Part shown: piece by piece, positions 49,035-62,000 of the stretch
Layout: each line of letters starts with the position of its first letter
How positions within the stretch are numbered: the stretch's first letter is position 1
The notes under the pieces: model-generated
Told to the model about the DNA's origin: nothing
Databases searched by the model: none
What the model saw: only the letters and a program-made list of their open reading frames with translations
Assembly: GCF_964204645.1 (NCBI RefSeq)
Contig: NC_134036.1
Coordinates: 9,465,859-9,529,858, forward strand
Direction: 5' to 3'
DNA length: 64,000 nucleotides
Source: Tubulanus polymorphus
Taxonomy: Eukaryota; Animalia; Nemertea
Position numbers and translations under genes: made by a program

Positions 49035-49666
49035 GATTCACGAGAATTAACTCAGTTCGGTATGCTCCAGACCTGTTTACTACACGCATTATAGCAATGT
49101 AACTGTTAAACTGCATCTGAGCTGAATTCATGATTCGATTAAGTGTCAGCGGTATGTGGACTGATTGTATCAATAGACTGAAGCTACGTGCAAGCCATGA
49201 CGTATATTCATTTACGCAAGCAATTTATTGTTCGCATCAAATGAAAAACAAATTTTCAGAAATCTGACTCAATTTACTCAGATTCAGTAAAAATTTATCA
49301 CCCCATTGGCACTCAAGCTGTCCCTATCCCCCCAGACTTATACTACTCAAATCCCGAATCCGCCCGGCACTTTTTTCGTATGCCGCACGAAAACGGTTAT
49401 AGAAGGATTCGAGCCCAATAGCTTATGATAAACTACACGCCTAAGTCCTTGAAATACCGTACATAAATCAACATCCTCCTACTTCAGTTTCTCGAGTATT
49501 TCAAATTTGAACATGATACATCTGGGCGCTCACTTCGAATCCAAGTAAGTTGGGATTAATTTCGGGGGAGAAAAGGACATGATTTTGGTGGCCCGCCTCA
49601 TCAAATCTTACATCATATGAAAACCTTGACTATTTACTACAAATTACTACATTTACTACAAACTTA

Positions 49667-52444
49667 CAGGTTCAAAATACTTTAATGAACTAAATAATAA
49701 TATTAATTTTTCAAAGTTTTATAAATTATGTAATGAATTTAATATTAATTCAAATAAAGATTTTAGAACAAAAATTGGAACAATGGGTGGATTAGGAATA
49801 TTATATACTAAAGAATTTGGAAAAATAAGGACAAATTCAGATATAAGAACACTAAATTGGAATGAATTACCAAAATATTATAATAATATACAACAACAAA
49901 ACAATAATGGTTGGGTTAATTTCATTTTAGAAAATATTGAAGGTTTTACTAAAGCTGGAATACAAAGAATAAATCAATCTTTTAGAACTTATTTGATATG
50001 TATTTTAGGCGCTCAAGTTGAAACAAGATCACCAATAGTTGGAAATGATAACACTTCATTTGATGCGCAGAAACAATTCAAAGTATTATTTGAAGATTCC
50101 ATTCATAATGATAAAAATAGATCGATTCCAGAAAACATTGTAAGATATCAAAATTATTTAGATAAATCTCATGTAAGACTAAATTATTGTATAGGCCCTA
50201 AACTTTTAATTATTGCTAATGATTTAGTACTAAAGCTGGGAAACATAATTGGTTATAATAATCTAACTAAACTGCAACAGTAAATAATTCATTTGGGTTG
50301 AATGATATAAATAAAAAGATTATTACTGCCCCAAAATTAATGGAAGGTGAAAAAAATAAAAAACATATTCAATCAACAGAAACTAAAACTAAGAATATTA
50401 AATTCAATAATGATTCTAAACCGGATTATAATACATCAGAAAATATTAAAACTGATAATATTCAACAGGATATAATTAAAACTGATAATGATAATAAATT
50501 CCATGAAAATACTAAATTAGCTTTAACTTGTATAGGAATTGTAATCGGAGGAATGTTATATTTTAAATTTTAATTTTTTATTATATAAATGGATGTAGAA
50601 GGTGGAGAAGATATTGGAATGGATACTTTTGATGAACCTGGCATAACTGATGAACAACAACCTGATTTTAGTGAAACAAGTTTTAATGACGGTAATGAGC
50701 CAGAATATAATAACAATTTAAATATGCCTGATTATATTAAAAATGCAGAATCACAATTAAATCCTGAAAATTTAGACCCAGATTTAGTAAAACAAGATTT
50801 AGAAAATTTAAACAAAATACCTAAATTAGAACGTATAATTGAAAATTCTAAATTTAACATAAATGATGAAGACGTTGGACCTTTAGCAGATAAATTAAAA
50901 TTTTTAGATAATGGTAAATGGTATTATCATTTGAAAGATGATTATTATATTGATATCACTTTTAAAAATGAAAACAAAATATTAGCAAAATCAACTTTAG
51001 ACAAATTAGAACCAGGTAGAATTAAAAGAACTAGTAATAGTAATGTAATAACTGATGTTATAAAACAAGAATTAACTGTAAATGATATAGACGTATTTAA
51101 ACAAAAAATTAATGAATTATTTGACAAAATCAAAAAGAAATCAGAAACAGAAATAACTTCTGAACATAATATAACTTCCAATACTAGTAAACTTAAATCA
51201 AATAAATTGAAAAACTTTTACCGAATGGATTAATTGATGCAACAGATCAAGAATTAGAAGATTTAAATAATATATTTTCTGTTGAAGCAATTAGAGAAAT
51301 AAAAAGTATATGACTTGCATCTGATAAAATTGCGCATGATATAAGTATAAGAGATTTTAAAATTCGAACTTTAGAAAAAGAATTAACTGATAAAAATAAA
51401 GAAATAGAACAATTAACGTCTGATTTAGATCATCAAGTAATTGATGTAATAGAATATAGGCAAAAAGAATTACGTTTAGAAAAAGAAATAGATGATTTAA
51501 AATATAACATAGAATTACAAAAAGAAAAAATTAAATTATTATTAAAATCATATGATTATAATGTTAATAGATTAAAAGTTATTTTTAAAGATTTGTTGAT
51601 AAAACCAAATTCTGAAATATCATTAAAAGATAGAATAAAGTTATTATTTAAATTAGAAGGAATAACAATTCTTTCAATTCTAACAGCTGTAACTATGTTA
51701 TTTACAGCAATTGGTTTAGCAATATCAAATTCTTTGAAATCTACTCCTACTCCCAATAAACCGGATAAACCCCCGAATGATAATAATTCTATACAAGATA
51801 AAGTTAAGGATGGTTTAAAGAAATTAGCCAAATATTTATGGGAACTATCTAAAAAATCTGCTGCAGCATTACCCGGAATTATTGCATCAATTGTTGGTTT
51901 TATATTGAAATCTGCAGGTAATATTCTTAACTTTGCTGCTGAACATATTATTTCATTTTTAATTACAGTTGTAAGTGCTATTATTTTTGGGTTAGTGAAT
52001 ATGATATCAAAAAGATATCAAGAAAAAGTAATAAAAAATAAATAATTAATTTTTTTGTTAAATACATGAGTGGGAGTTATATAAGTCCTTCTAAGATTTC
52101 TAGAATATCTATGCTATTAAAGCAGAAAGATCACATCATATAATTACTCATAATCCTTCAAATATTAATCCCGATGAAACTTTATATGTTAGAATTCCTA
52201 GATTAACACAAAATACTTTTTATGTTCCAAATAGTATTTATTTATCAGCCGATATAAAAGTAACTGGTCATGATAATAATTGTGTTGTCGATAATGTTGG
52301 GAGATATTTGATTAAAAAATTAACTATAAAGATTGGTCCAGAAACAGTTTTCTCATTAGATGATTATAATTTATTTATGCATTATAAAGATTTATGGTTA
52401 ACTAAAGAAAATAGAAATAATATGATATTTCAAGGCATTCAATC
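49667..52444 (+). mobile_element. Duplicated Polinton B segment (ORFs 49783, 50298, 50589, 51593 and the MCP fragment 52066-52444)
   Basis: Translations are identical to those of 43939-46707 apart from a 3-aa indel (SFR) and one substitution. Confidence 0.93.
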
Positions 52445-52944
52445 GTCCGTCGCGTCACTGTCTAATATCCGGCGTTTAACATTCAATTTCAATCGATGTT
52501 TCAGGTGAAATCCTGAACACTCGTTTATCGAGTACGATCACGTTTTTTTCCCCGTGAAGTTTGCTATTAAAACGTTTATGCCCGATGTTTGCGAGGTTCA
52601 GGCTGTACATTGATACCAGCAAGAGTCACTTGCACCGCAATCGGTCGAATATACTCCGCACATTTATTGAAGATTTTCAATAAAAAAAAACTAAAATAAA
52701 ACTGCAAGTTTCAAAAGTCTTTGCATTTTGAAAACAACTCAAAGCTGATCGCCATTGCTTTACTAAAACGACGAAGAACGCAAATAAATACCTTGACAAG
52801 CGATGTGGCCTTCTCCCTGTACAAAGCCCTACAAGTTCAACAACGAATACGTATTTGTATTGAATATATCCGCATGTAATTATTGGGCAACCCCCTAGAA
52901 TATCTGTCCCTACGCCCAATCGCACCCCCTAACCTCATTATTAC

Positions 52945-53025
52945 CTGTATGTAGTTGGCGTTGATATAGTCGCTATAAGGATCAGCGCCAGTCTCAACTT
53001 CCAGCACGACTCGAGAGGCATCATC
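52945..53025 (-). pseudogene. Duplicate of the orphan PTP exon
   Basis: Identical to 47208-47288. Confidence 0.82.
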
Positions 53026-53823
53026 AAGAGAGGCACTCATTGCATGAGTGTACACATGCAGGCTTATGGCGAAATCCTGTTACAAATTGAACCAGAGAAA
53101 TATATAATACCCGTTATTGTAACGGTTCATAGAATATGAAAGATATCGGCAGAGTGGAGGACACAAACCTACCCTACCGGTCGTGACACGCATCCACAAG
53201 TGAAGAAGGCAAGGCGCAAGATCAAACTATGGCTCCAAGGTCTTTTAGTTCTGGAGTGTTATACACATTAACGGTAATTGTATTTTACTGAAGTGTTACC
53301 GGAATATGCGGATTTAAGTTTTATGAAGTCAATCAAACTATGAATCAATGATTAATAAATGATTACATGACTTCATTTCTACAGCGGATTTTCATACAGA
53401 AATATTTCTCGTCCAGCTACAATAAAGTTTTGATAAACTACTGTTTGTATTTGTGTGTTGTATACAAAATGACCAACGAAAATGAAAAGATTCAACAATT
53501 TGTAGAAAGAACATGTAGATTTTCCAAACTTTTTGTTTTATTATATATTTGCAGCTGTATAACAATCGAATTTCACTAACTGAATATCACACTGTTACCA
53601 GGCCACAGTAAATACGGTTTCAAGTTGTATGACTACGTGGGGTGGGGGATAAGGGGGCAGGGGAGTATATTTAATGATTAAAAGGCCGCGGTTCATAGGA
53701 ACCATTTTACACTAATAGGTCCATTGACACGATTTTCAAGGGCAGTGATTTCTTGATTAATTTCCAATTCTCAAGCAAAATGTCCTACTATAAATCGATG
53801 TGAATAAAATTTTAAATCAGTGG

Positions 53824-54771
53824 TTATTTGATTGAATTTCTACAGCAGATTTTCATACAGAAATATTCACGAATTTCTCGTCCCATTAAAAGATATATGT
53901 AGAAATTTACCACATAGTTACACATTAGGAATTGTGTGAAAATGTCATATAGAAATTCTTTCTGTTCCGTAAGGATTGGTAAAAATGCAGCGATAGTGGT
54001 TGGAAGTGTGAATATTGCAAATGCGAGTGAAACTGTTACAAGCATCATTGTTGTACGTTTCGATTTTGTAGTTTTCTTATCAGACGAAAGCATTTTTGTT
54101 CCTCTGAATAACTGAATAATTATGATAGAATTTGATATCAGAATCGACGATAAAGGCAAAACAAAAGCGTAGAAACCAAGTGGAGTAAGAAATTTCATTT
54201 GGACAATTAATTCATAGTAACATCCGAAAAACTGGTCGGAAAAATGTATCGACAAAGTAGCGGGAAGTTGAACCAGTACAGTCACTGTAGTAATTATCAA
54301 TACAGCAAATCTAGCGAATCTAGGCGTGCATATCAAACGAGAAGTGAACGGAAAGAGAACAACTGCCGCACGTTCTAGAGATATAGCTACCAATAACCAG
54401 GAACTGCTAGAATTGGCAACTGCCATCAATATTTCATATATCTTACAACTGATCAGTGAATTCATGATGAATACAAGACTAGTATTTAGATTCAATAGAA
54501 TAAACTGTAAAACAGGCATCAGTGTAAAATTTTTGCAGTACAAGAAATCACAGACTGACAAAATGACAAGATAGTTAGCGTAAGATAAACTGCGGAATTT
54601 GCGACTTGTCATTATAAGAAAAGTAGCTGATTTTCCAAAGACTCCAAACAGAAACACGATAGGCAGAATGACCAACGACACAGTACGGTAAGTTCCAGAC
54701 CTGTTCTCCACCGACATTAGAATGATGTAACTGCTATACGTTCGGCCAATTCGTATCTTAGTTGAATTCAT
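53824..54771 (-). CDS. Single-exon class A GPCR, duplicate of 48087-49034
   Basis: 315 aa with one amino-acid difference (FAIL vs FAVL). Confidence 0.88.
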   Translation of the reverse strand: MNSTKIRIGRTYSSYIILMSVENRSGTYRTVSLVILPIVFLFGVFGKSATFLIMTSRKFRSLSYANYLVILSVCDFLYCKNFTLMPVLQFILLNLNTSLVFIMNSLISCKIYEILMAVANSSSSWLLVAISLERAAVVLFPFTSRLICTPRFARFAVLIITTVTVLVQLPATLSIHFSDQFFGCYYELIVQMKFLTPLGFYAFVLPLSSILISNSIIIIQLFRGTKMLSSDKKTTKSKRTTMMLVTVSLAFAIFTLPTTIAAFLPILTEQKEFLYDIFTQFLMCNYVVNFYIYLLMGREIREYFCMKICCRNSIK

Positions 54772-56108
54772 GATTCACGAGAATTAACTCAGTTCGGTAT
54801 GCTCCAGACCTGTTTACTACACGCATTATAGCAATGTAACTGTTAAACTGCATCTGAGCTGAATTCATGATTCGATTAAGTGTCAGCGGTATGTGGACTG
54901 ATTGTATCAATAGACTGAAGCTACGTGCAAGCCATGACGTATATTCATTTACGCAAGCAATTTATTGTTCGCATCAAATGAAAAACAAATTTTCAGAAAT
55001 CTGACTCAATTTACTCAGATTCAGTAAAAATTTATCACCCCATTGGCACTCAAGCTGTCCCTATCCCCCCAGACTTATACTACTCAAATCCCGAATCCGC
55101 CCGGCACTTTTTTCGTATGCCGCACGAAAACGGTTATAGAAGGATTCGAGCCCAATAGCTTATGATAAACTACACGCCTAAGTCCTTGAAATACCGTACA
55201 TAAATCAACATCCTCCTACTTCAGTTTCTCGAGTATTTCAAATTTGACAAGATACATCTGGGCGCTCACTTCGAATCCAAGTAAGTTGGGATTAATTTCG
55301 GGGGAGAAAAGGACATGATTTTGGTGGCCCGCCTCATCAAATCTTACATCATATGAAAACCTTGACTATTTACTACAAAATAACACTAACTTGTTATGCA
55401 TGAAAATCGAGATCTGGAATAGAACTCTGCTCCCCCGAGACTGCAGACCCTTTTGTAGAAAGAAGCGGCATTCTTTAAAGTCAGATTCTCCCATCCAACT
55501 TTTGGCAAGAAGCAGCGACCTAGCTGCCATGACAGTTTTTGGTAAAGTATTTAGCCCTAATGATCTCAAATTAATTTGAAAACTGATTCGCATAACTTAA
55601 CTGTGGAAATCATGAATTGGAATTGTATTTTACCTATGACCGCGTTGTGCTTGTCACGTGATTTTAGTAACGGCGGAAGTTTCGTTCCTTTACCTCGTTA
55701 GTAGTGATAGGGGATTACTATACACGAGTGGTTAAAATTGTGGTTGTGGTTAAATCCAAAATGGCGGCTGTCATGTGATCCAAGATGGCGCCCCGTTCCA
55801 AGATGGCGGCGGTCGCGTGACCCCCGTATGATTCAAGAATTGCGATGGATGCTCCCAACAGCTGTTACACGATTACTGATGCGATAACCCGCGTTCGAAT
55901 AGAACATTATACAATATTGATTAACGACTGTTATATATTTCAAATAATGCTTTTTATTTCGAACCACACATCACAATCGATTTTACGTCACAGAACAAGT
56001 GCGGGCAAGAATATTTACGCAATTGATATACATCATAGGTTGAAAAGTTATCATTTAGTTACCAGGGGGTAAACATCATCACGACGACGATCCGATCGCG
56101 ATAGAATA

Positions 56109-56236
56109 TAAGTAATAGGGAATATATTGTTTCAAGCCAAAGGTCGAAGGGTCGAAAAATAATTTCTCGCACACTCGAATTTATTTTTCGACCCTTCAAC
56201 CTTTAACTTGAAACAACTTATTCCCTATTACTCTTA
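56109..56236. other. Long imperfect hairpin (~56-bp arms) homologous to 27175-27366
   Basis: AGTAATAGGGAA...AAAGGTCGAAGGGTCGAAAAATAA / loop CGCACACTC / TTATTTTTCGACCCTTCAACCTTT...TTCCCTATTACT. Confidence 0.9.
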
Positions 56237-56290
56237 TAATTTTCATATAATAACTTCTAAAATCAATTTTAATAAAAATATGTTATTAAA

Positions 56291-56628
56291 ATGGAGAGTA
56301 AACAAATACATAGTGAATTCTTAGATAGAATCAAAGATACTACAAATGTCAAATCTGTAGATTATAACTTTAAGAAGTTAACAGAATTAACAATTCATAA
56401 GAAATATATAATTACCAACATTGATACAGTTTCTAATAAATATGGAGATAAATTAATAATTCACTCTAGAATATGAAAGATTAAAAGGAAATAAATATAA
56501 ATTCAGAATTTATTTACCAGATAGATTTCATAGGTTATCTAGTGAAGATTTAGAAGAATTATGGTGATTTCTATTTCATATATTAGGGTAAGAATAAAAA
56601 AGAGCACCATGAAATAGATTTCGAATAA
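56291..56628 (+). pseudogene. Small Polinton ORF upstream of pPolB, frameshifted
   Basis: MESKQ...FKKLTEL...KKYII.....VSNKYG.KLII...FRIYLPDRF. Preceded by the same AAAATCAATT...TATTAAAATG motif as pPolB. Confidence 0.6.
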
Positions 56629-56664
56629 TATAAAATCAATTTTAATAAAAAAATTAGTATTAAA

Positions 56665-58533
56665 ATGGAAGCAATGAGAAATACCATTGTCCAACATGTA
56701 AAATCAATATAGATAAATCCCAAAAAGCAAGACAGAATAAAACTAAAACGAATTTAGAGAATAAATTGAAATTAGAATATAAAGATGATACATTAGAAAC
56801 TAAATTAGAAGAATTAAAGAATGAAAAAGAAATATATAAATGTGATGAATGTAATCAATCACTCAGTAAGAAAAGATATTGAAAAGAACATTTAAAATCT
56901 AAAAGTCATATTAGAAATATGAATAATGATATTTTAGGTGAAGATTATTTTGATAAAGATAATGATAAGAAACAGAAGACAATTAAAAGAATAAAAAATA
57001 AATTAAACAATAAAAGATCATACATAGAAGATGTTAGAAATTATATTAATTCATTAGATAATAAAAAGAGATAGATATAACTGAAGCATTTAAAAGTGAT
57101 ATTGGTCCAGCAGCTATTGAGTTTAAATTTCATAGAGGTAAAACATTAGAAGAAAAAAAAACATTTAGAAAATATGAAAAATATGATAAGGATAATTACA
57201 GATGTAGAATACCCTAAAATTAGTATATCTTGTAAAGTTAAATTTATAAAATAAAATGTGAAGATAAACCAATATGTAATATAAATTCTCATTCACAACA
57301 TATCATATCTAAACAACATATAGCTGATAGATTAAATGAATGTTATAATGAAATAAAAAGTAAAATAGAAGAGAAATATTTTGAAGGATCAGGTTTTATA
57401 TTTGAAGAAATAATATTTATGGCTTTACATGTTTATAACACAAAATATAATAAGTTAACTAAATCAAAACCAATTGATGAAAATAATTTATCATATTATA
57501 AAGATGATAATATAAATGGATCAAGTTATATCAAAATACAATTTAAAACTAATGCTGTTATAAATGTACAAAATGAAGATGATAAAAGTTTTCTATGGTC
57601 AATAATTAGTTGCTTACACCCAGTTGAAGATTATAAACAACATAGTTTTAGATTAACACATTATAAACCATTTGAAAATGATTATCAGATAGATAACTAT
57701 CTTGTAAGAATTAAAAATATCCCAAAAATAGAAAGAGATAAAATTACCAAAAACATAAGGTAACAATATAAAACATTTTACATTAGAGCCTTTCTATTTA
57801 TCAAAAGATTATGATTTAAATGGTGTTATAGATATATTATATTATGAAAATCATTATATGTGGATTAAAAGAATTGATTTATTTTTTAAATCAGAAGATG
57901 ATTTTGATTATAAAATATATCTATGTAGAAAATGTATAACTAAATTCAAAACTGAAAGTGCATTATTAAATCAATTATGTGAAAATCATGATTATTGTAA
58001 AATGGTTTTACCAAATGAAAAAGATAAAGTATTAGAATTCAAAAAATATGATTACAAGAATAAGGTACCATTTGTAATATATGGAGATTTTGAATCATTA
58101 AATAAAGAATTAACTAATCAAGATAGAAAAGAAATATATTATAAAAGAAAGAAATAAAATTGTAATGAAAATGATGTAATTGATTATTCAGATCCTCTAA
58201 TAACAAATAATATTAAAAAGATTCATCAATCAGCTGCAGCTTTTGGATTATATATTATATCTGATTATCCAGAATTAATCAAAAGTGAATATTATATTTA
58301 TAGAAATGAAAATGTTATCAATCATTTTTGTGAATATGAAATGAAGTTTAGTAAACTAATAGATACAAATATAGAAATTATAATGACAGAAGAAGATAAA
58401 GAAGAATTTGAGTTTGCAGATAAATGTTATTATTGCGAAAAACTATTTAATCTAAAAGATAAAAAAGTAAGAGACCATGATCATTTGAATGGAAAGTTTA
58501 GAGGCGCAGCGCATGAGAATTGTAACTTACAAG
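56665..58533 (+). pseudogene. polB: pPolB 5' half (zinc fingers, terminal-protein region, ExoI, HNH-like), heavily disrupted
   Basis: Aligns by eye with 27644-29533 (NAVINVQNEDDK.FLW, VPFVIYGDFES, VRDHDHLNGKFRGAAHENCNLQ). Confidence 0.92.
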
Positions 58534-58874
58534 TGTAACCGGCTGGTTGTTGTATCGGCAGGCTAGCTGGGCAACTAGCATTTACACCAGCGGTACATGA
58601 TTTCATCCATCAGGAACAACAAGGCAGTTAAACCTTATGTACAATCTTTATTGCATCCCGGAATGAGAATGATTATCATAGCTTTACATAGTCTTTATAT
58701 ACAGAATCATGAGTATAATGTGAGAACTAGGTGTCAGACAAGTTGTAGACATCAGGACTCACAAACAAACACCTAGTGACACGTTTGAGAGACATTAATT
58801 GATTATCGATGAGCACTGACTATAGCTAATTATTGTGAAAACATATTGAGTAATGTCACATGTTGATTACGACT

Positions 58875-59002
58875 TTATTATTATTATTATCATCATTACC
58901 ATTATCATTACCATTATCATTACCATTATCATTACCATTATCATTACCATTATCATTACCATTATCATTACCATTATCATTATCATTATCATTATCATTA
59001 TC

Positions 59003-59040
<38 letters not shown>

Positions 59041-59077
59041 CATTATTATTATCATTATTATTATTATTATTATTATT
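58875..59077. repeat. Compound (ATT/ATC/ACC)n microsatellite
   Basis: (ATTATCATTACC)n grading into (ATTATC)n and (ATT)n. Confidence 0.97.
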
Positions 59078-62000
59078 AATAGTTAGTAGAGCTATGAAAT
59101 ATTATGAACTGTTGGATATGACATTGTAGATCTATATGATTATGAAATATGCAAATTATATCAGGGTGACACCTGAATCGAGTTTTACAGTCTTGTTTGC
59201 TTTGACTGCTTATCCCGTTGCACCGTTTAGTCAGTTTCACCCGCCTTTAATCACGGTCATTTGGGACTAATTTGACTTTGTATCCAGTCCCATACATTTT
59301 AGGTTTATTTTACATGACAAGTTTGAAAACGTTATTTAGTTTAATAATATCAGATCCAGAATTTTGAGATAAAATATTCCAGACGAAAAGGTTTCATATT
59401 TCACTCGATTCCACTCAGGTTTTTAAGTACTGAAATTAGCACCTGTCGTGAGCATTGAATAGAAAATCCAATACTATATTTAATGTATGAAGCATAAAAT
59501 TCATGAGCGAATTTTCAGCCTAAATGTTCCAATACTAAACGCCGCAACCGAACTTTAACTAGAAGGCAGAATCGTAAGTAGATAACGTAGTGTGATAACA
59601 AAGTGGCCGCGACAACCGAATCGTGTTTTTAGATGATTTCAATTCAATTTTTATGAATTTCATAGCCTTAAATTCATTTTGTTACTATGGACTTTATTTC
59701 ATTCAAAAGATTCTCGACAACTAACGGAATCTGTAAACTTATTTCAATTAAACGACCTTCGTGTTCACAAAACAATGAACCATAAACCGTCTCTAATACT
59801 TCCCAGCAGACAAAGGAATGATAGCCCGACGATTTTTCTCCTTTATCTGATGCCAATCACAAGCAATTTGACCGCCTAGCACTAACGGCTATAGAAACAC
59901 TCCGCCAACAGAAAGTCACGTGACTAAAAGAAGTACTGTCTATGCCATTAAATTGACTTCAAATTGATAAAATGTTACAAGAAAATATTCACTAATTTCT
60001 CGTATTTGCTAAAGGTCTGATTGTGGTCACTATCGCGTCGTTTGCTGCAGGTTATTGATGGTGGCAGATTAATACGCTAGATTTTATAGCATGTTTTGGA
60101 TATAAATCAGAAACTCAATTATCAGTAAACAACAATTGTTTTTGATTGGTCTGATTTAATACTAAATCTTTAAAATTTGTGTTAAGTGGGTGTATGTATT
60201 TTTCAATCATTGATTCAAATCTCGTTTATTCTTGAGCCTCCCAACCAATATGTTTTAAACAAGCATCTACATTTTTCAGATCTCGAAGACACTAAAAAAC
60301 AGTTTGTGAAATCTGGGCATTCGCAATTAGAACACGTGCTTAAGACAAGTTTTCTGAATTGATGATAGATAAAGATTGATATGATAGATGTGTTTATATA
60401 ATGTCGTTGCTCTCGAATATCTGAAAAGATGCATGTGGTCAATTGACATACAAAAATGCAGTGAAAAATACGAAATAAAGAGCACGAAAATGTGTTTACA
60501 ATTATGATTAATTATGATCAATTTGATTAATAATTACAGTCGTCGGGGGATCGTCGTATTCTCCCCGTTCCAAGAAATATGGTATTATCTAGAGTTGTTA
60601 AAGACATGGGTTATAAATTATCGAATATATGTTTAGAATATGACGCAGTAAGTGATGAAAATATTGTAACACAATTCAAACTAAATACAATCCAGGATTT
60701 TCATTATCATATGATTATATCGATAAATTCAAAACTGTAACTATTAATGCAAATGATGCTACGAGCAATTATCTCAGGTTGAGATTATTGCTCGTAGGTT
60801 TGTGTTATTCAGCTCAAACGTACATGTGTAGCTGCAGTGATCAGCGCATTTTCTGTATGCGGATGCAATACAAGTTTATAGATTAATTTGTCCTAGTCGC
60901 ACTTTTCGCGTCCTATTGATCCGCAGCAAGATTTCGTAGTAGCTAAAAATATTTGTAATGTTGATTTCCTGTATGCGTTGGTAGTTATTAATGGGTGTCA
61001 GATAAAAAACGATGTAGTAAGCAGGTTGTTGTTAGATGCGAAGAAAGAAGGACACGTTGGGACTCGACCTCACAACAACTACTTGTGCTGATCTCATGTC
61101 AACCTTTGTAGTACACTATATCTTGTTTTGCATTGTTTAAACTCGCTTAATAGTTGAACACGACAGAAGATTGACGACACCGGCCTGACTTTTTTATATC
61201 ACGTACGTGTCTTTTTTATGAATGAAAATAAGAACATACCTTTTTTATTGCGAAGTGGTGAGTCTAAATCTCGCTCGCACCAAATGGACCATTGCGCAGC
61301 GAACGCGTACACGTACACGTGGCTCCATAGGAGATTCACCGACGCCGGCCGTTAGCTCGTGCCACCATCTCGATCATTATCTTTACATCACATCTTAATT
61401 TTTTTTCTAATGGAAAGCTCCACTTACATCTACACCGCACCCACTGGAGTCAGGTGGGGGACTGAAAAATTGTTACATGATTGTAGCGAGAAATTGTAGT
61501 TTAGGAAGAAAATTACCTCAAGCTCCGTGAGTAAAGGGAAATTGGGGGTTTGAGGCCAGAAGTATGGAGTATGAGGCTAGGTAGGTTTTTGGGTTAAAAT
61601 GTTGGGTAAAATATATGGGGTAATTTTTTTCTTGGAGGATGGAAATGCAAGTAAAAATGTTGATAAAATAAAATATTTTCCAAACGTTGTGATAAATATG
61701 TTGGTAAATCGAATATATCTTTTCATAATAAATCATGTAAACATCAGAAAAAATGTAATTGATGGTGAAAAAATAAATATAGATGAAAAAAATAGATTCT
61801 ATAAAACTGAATGAAATTTATTGTGATATTTTCGCAGGTTAAAGACAGTATATTTCTCGGTTTCAGCAGAAAGGAGTACCATTTTGCTTGGTTCTAGGTG
61901 TTCCTTTAGCGGTTTGTGACATATTGTGTCAGCTCCAGTTATGTCATTTTATTACTATACCGTTATAGCGTCATTTTATTACTATACCGTTATAGCGTCT

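Larger units (their letters stand above)
43939..55379 (+). repeat. Recent tandem segmental duplication of ~5.7 kb (43939-49643 and 49667-55379)
   Basis: Near-identical copies offset 5728-5737 bp, differing by a 9-bp indel and a few substitutions (e.g. I/V in GPCR TM4). A 23-bp filler lies at the junction. Confidence 0.96.
55700..58533 (+). mobile_element. Polinton/Maverick fragment C: left terminus, hairpin, ORF1 and 5' part of pPolB
   Basis: AGTAGT start at 55700 (a typical Polinton end), repeated CAA(A/G)ATGGCG motifs at ~55757-55810, hairpin, then pPolB closely related to copy A. Cut at 58534 by unrelated sequence starting TGTAAC. Confidence 0.85.

Noticed and set aside
58853-59129. Poly-Ile, Leu-Ser and Ile-Met ORFs
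   Set aside because: Translations of a microsatellite.
58534-59171. Solo LTR (TGTAACC...GGTGACA) interrupting pPolB-C
   Set aside because: The ends are suggestive but the flanks (ACAAG / CCTGA) form no TSD and the polymerase does not resume, so it was not called.
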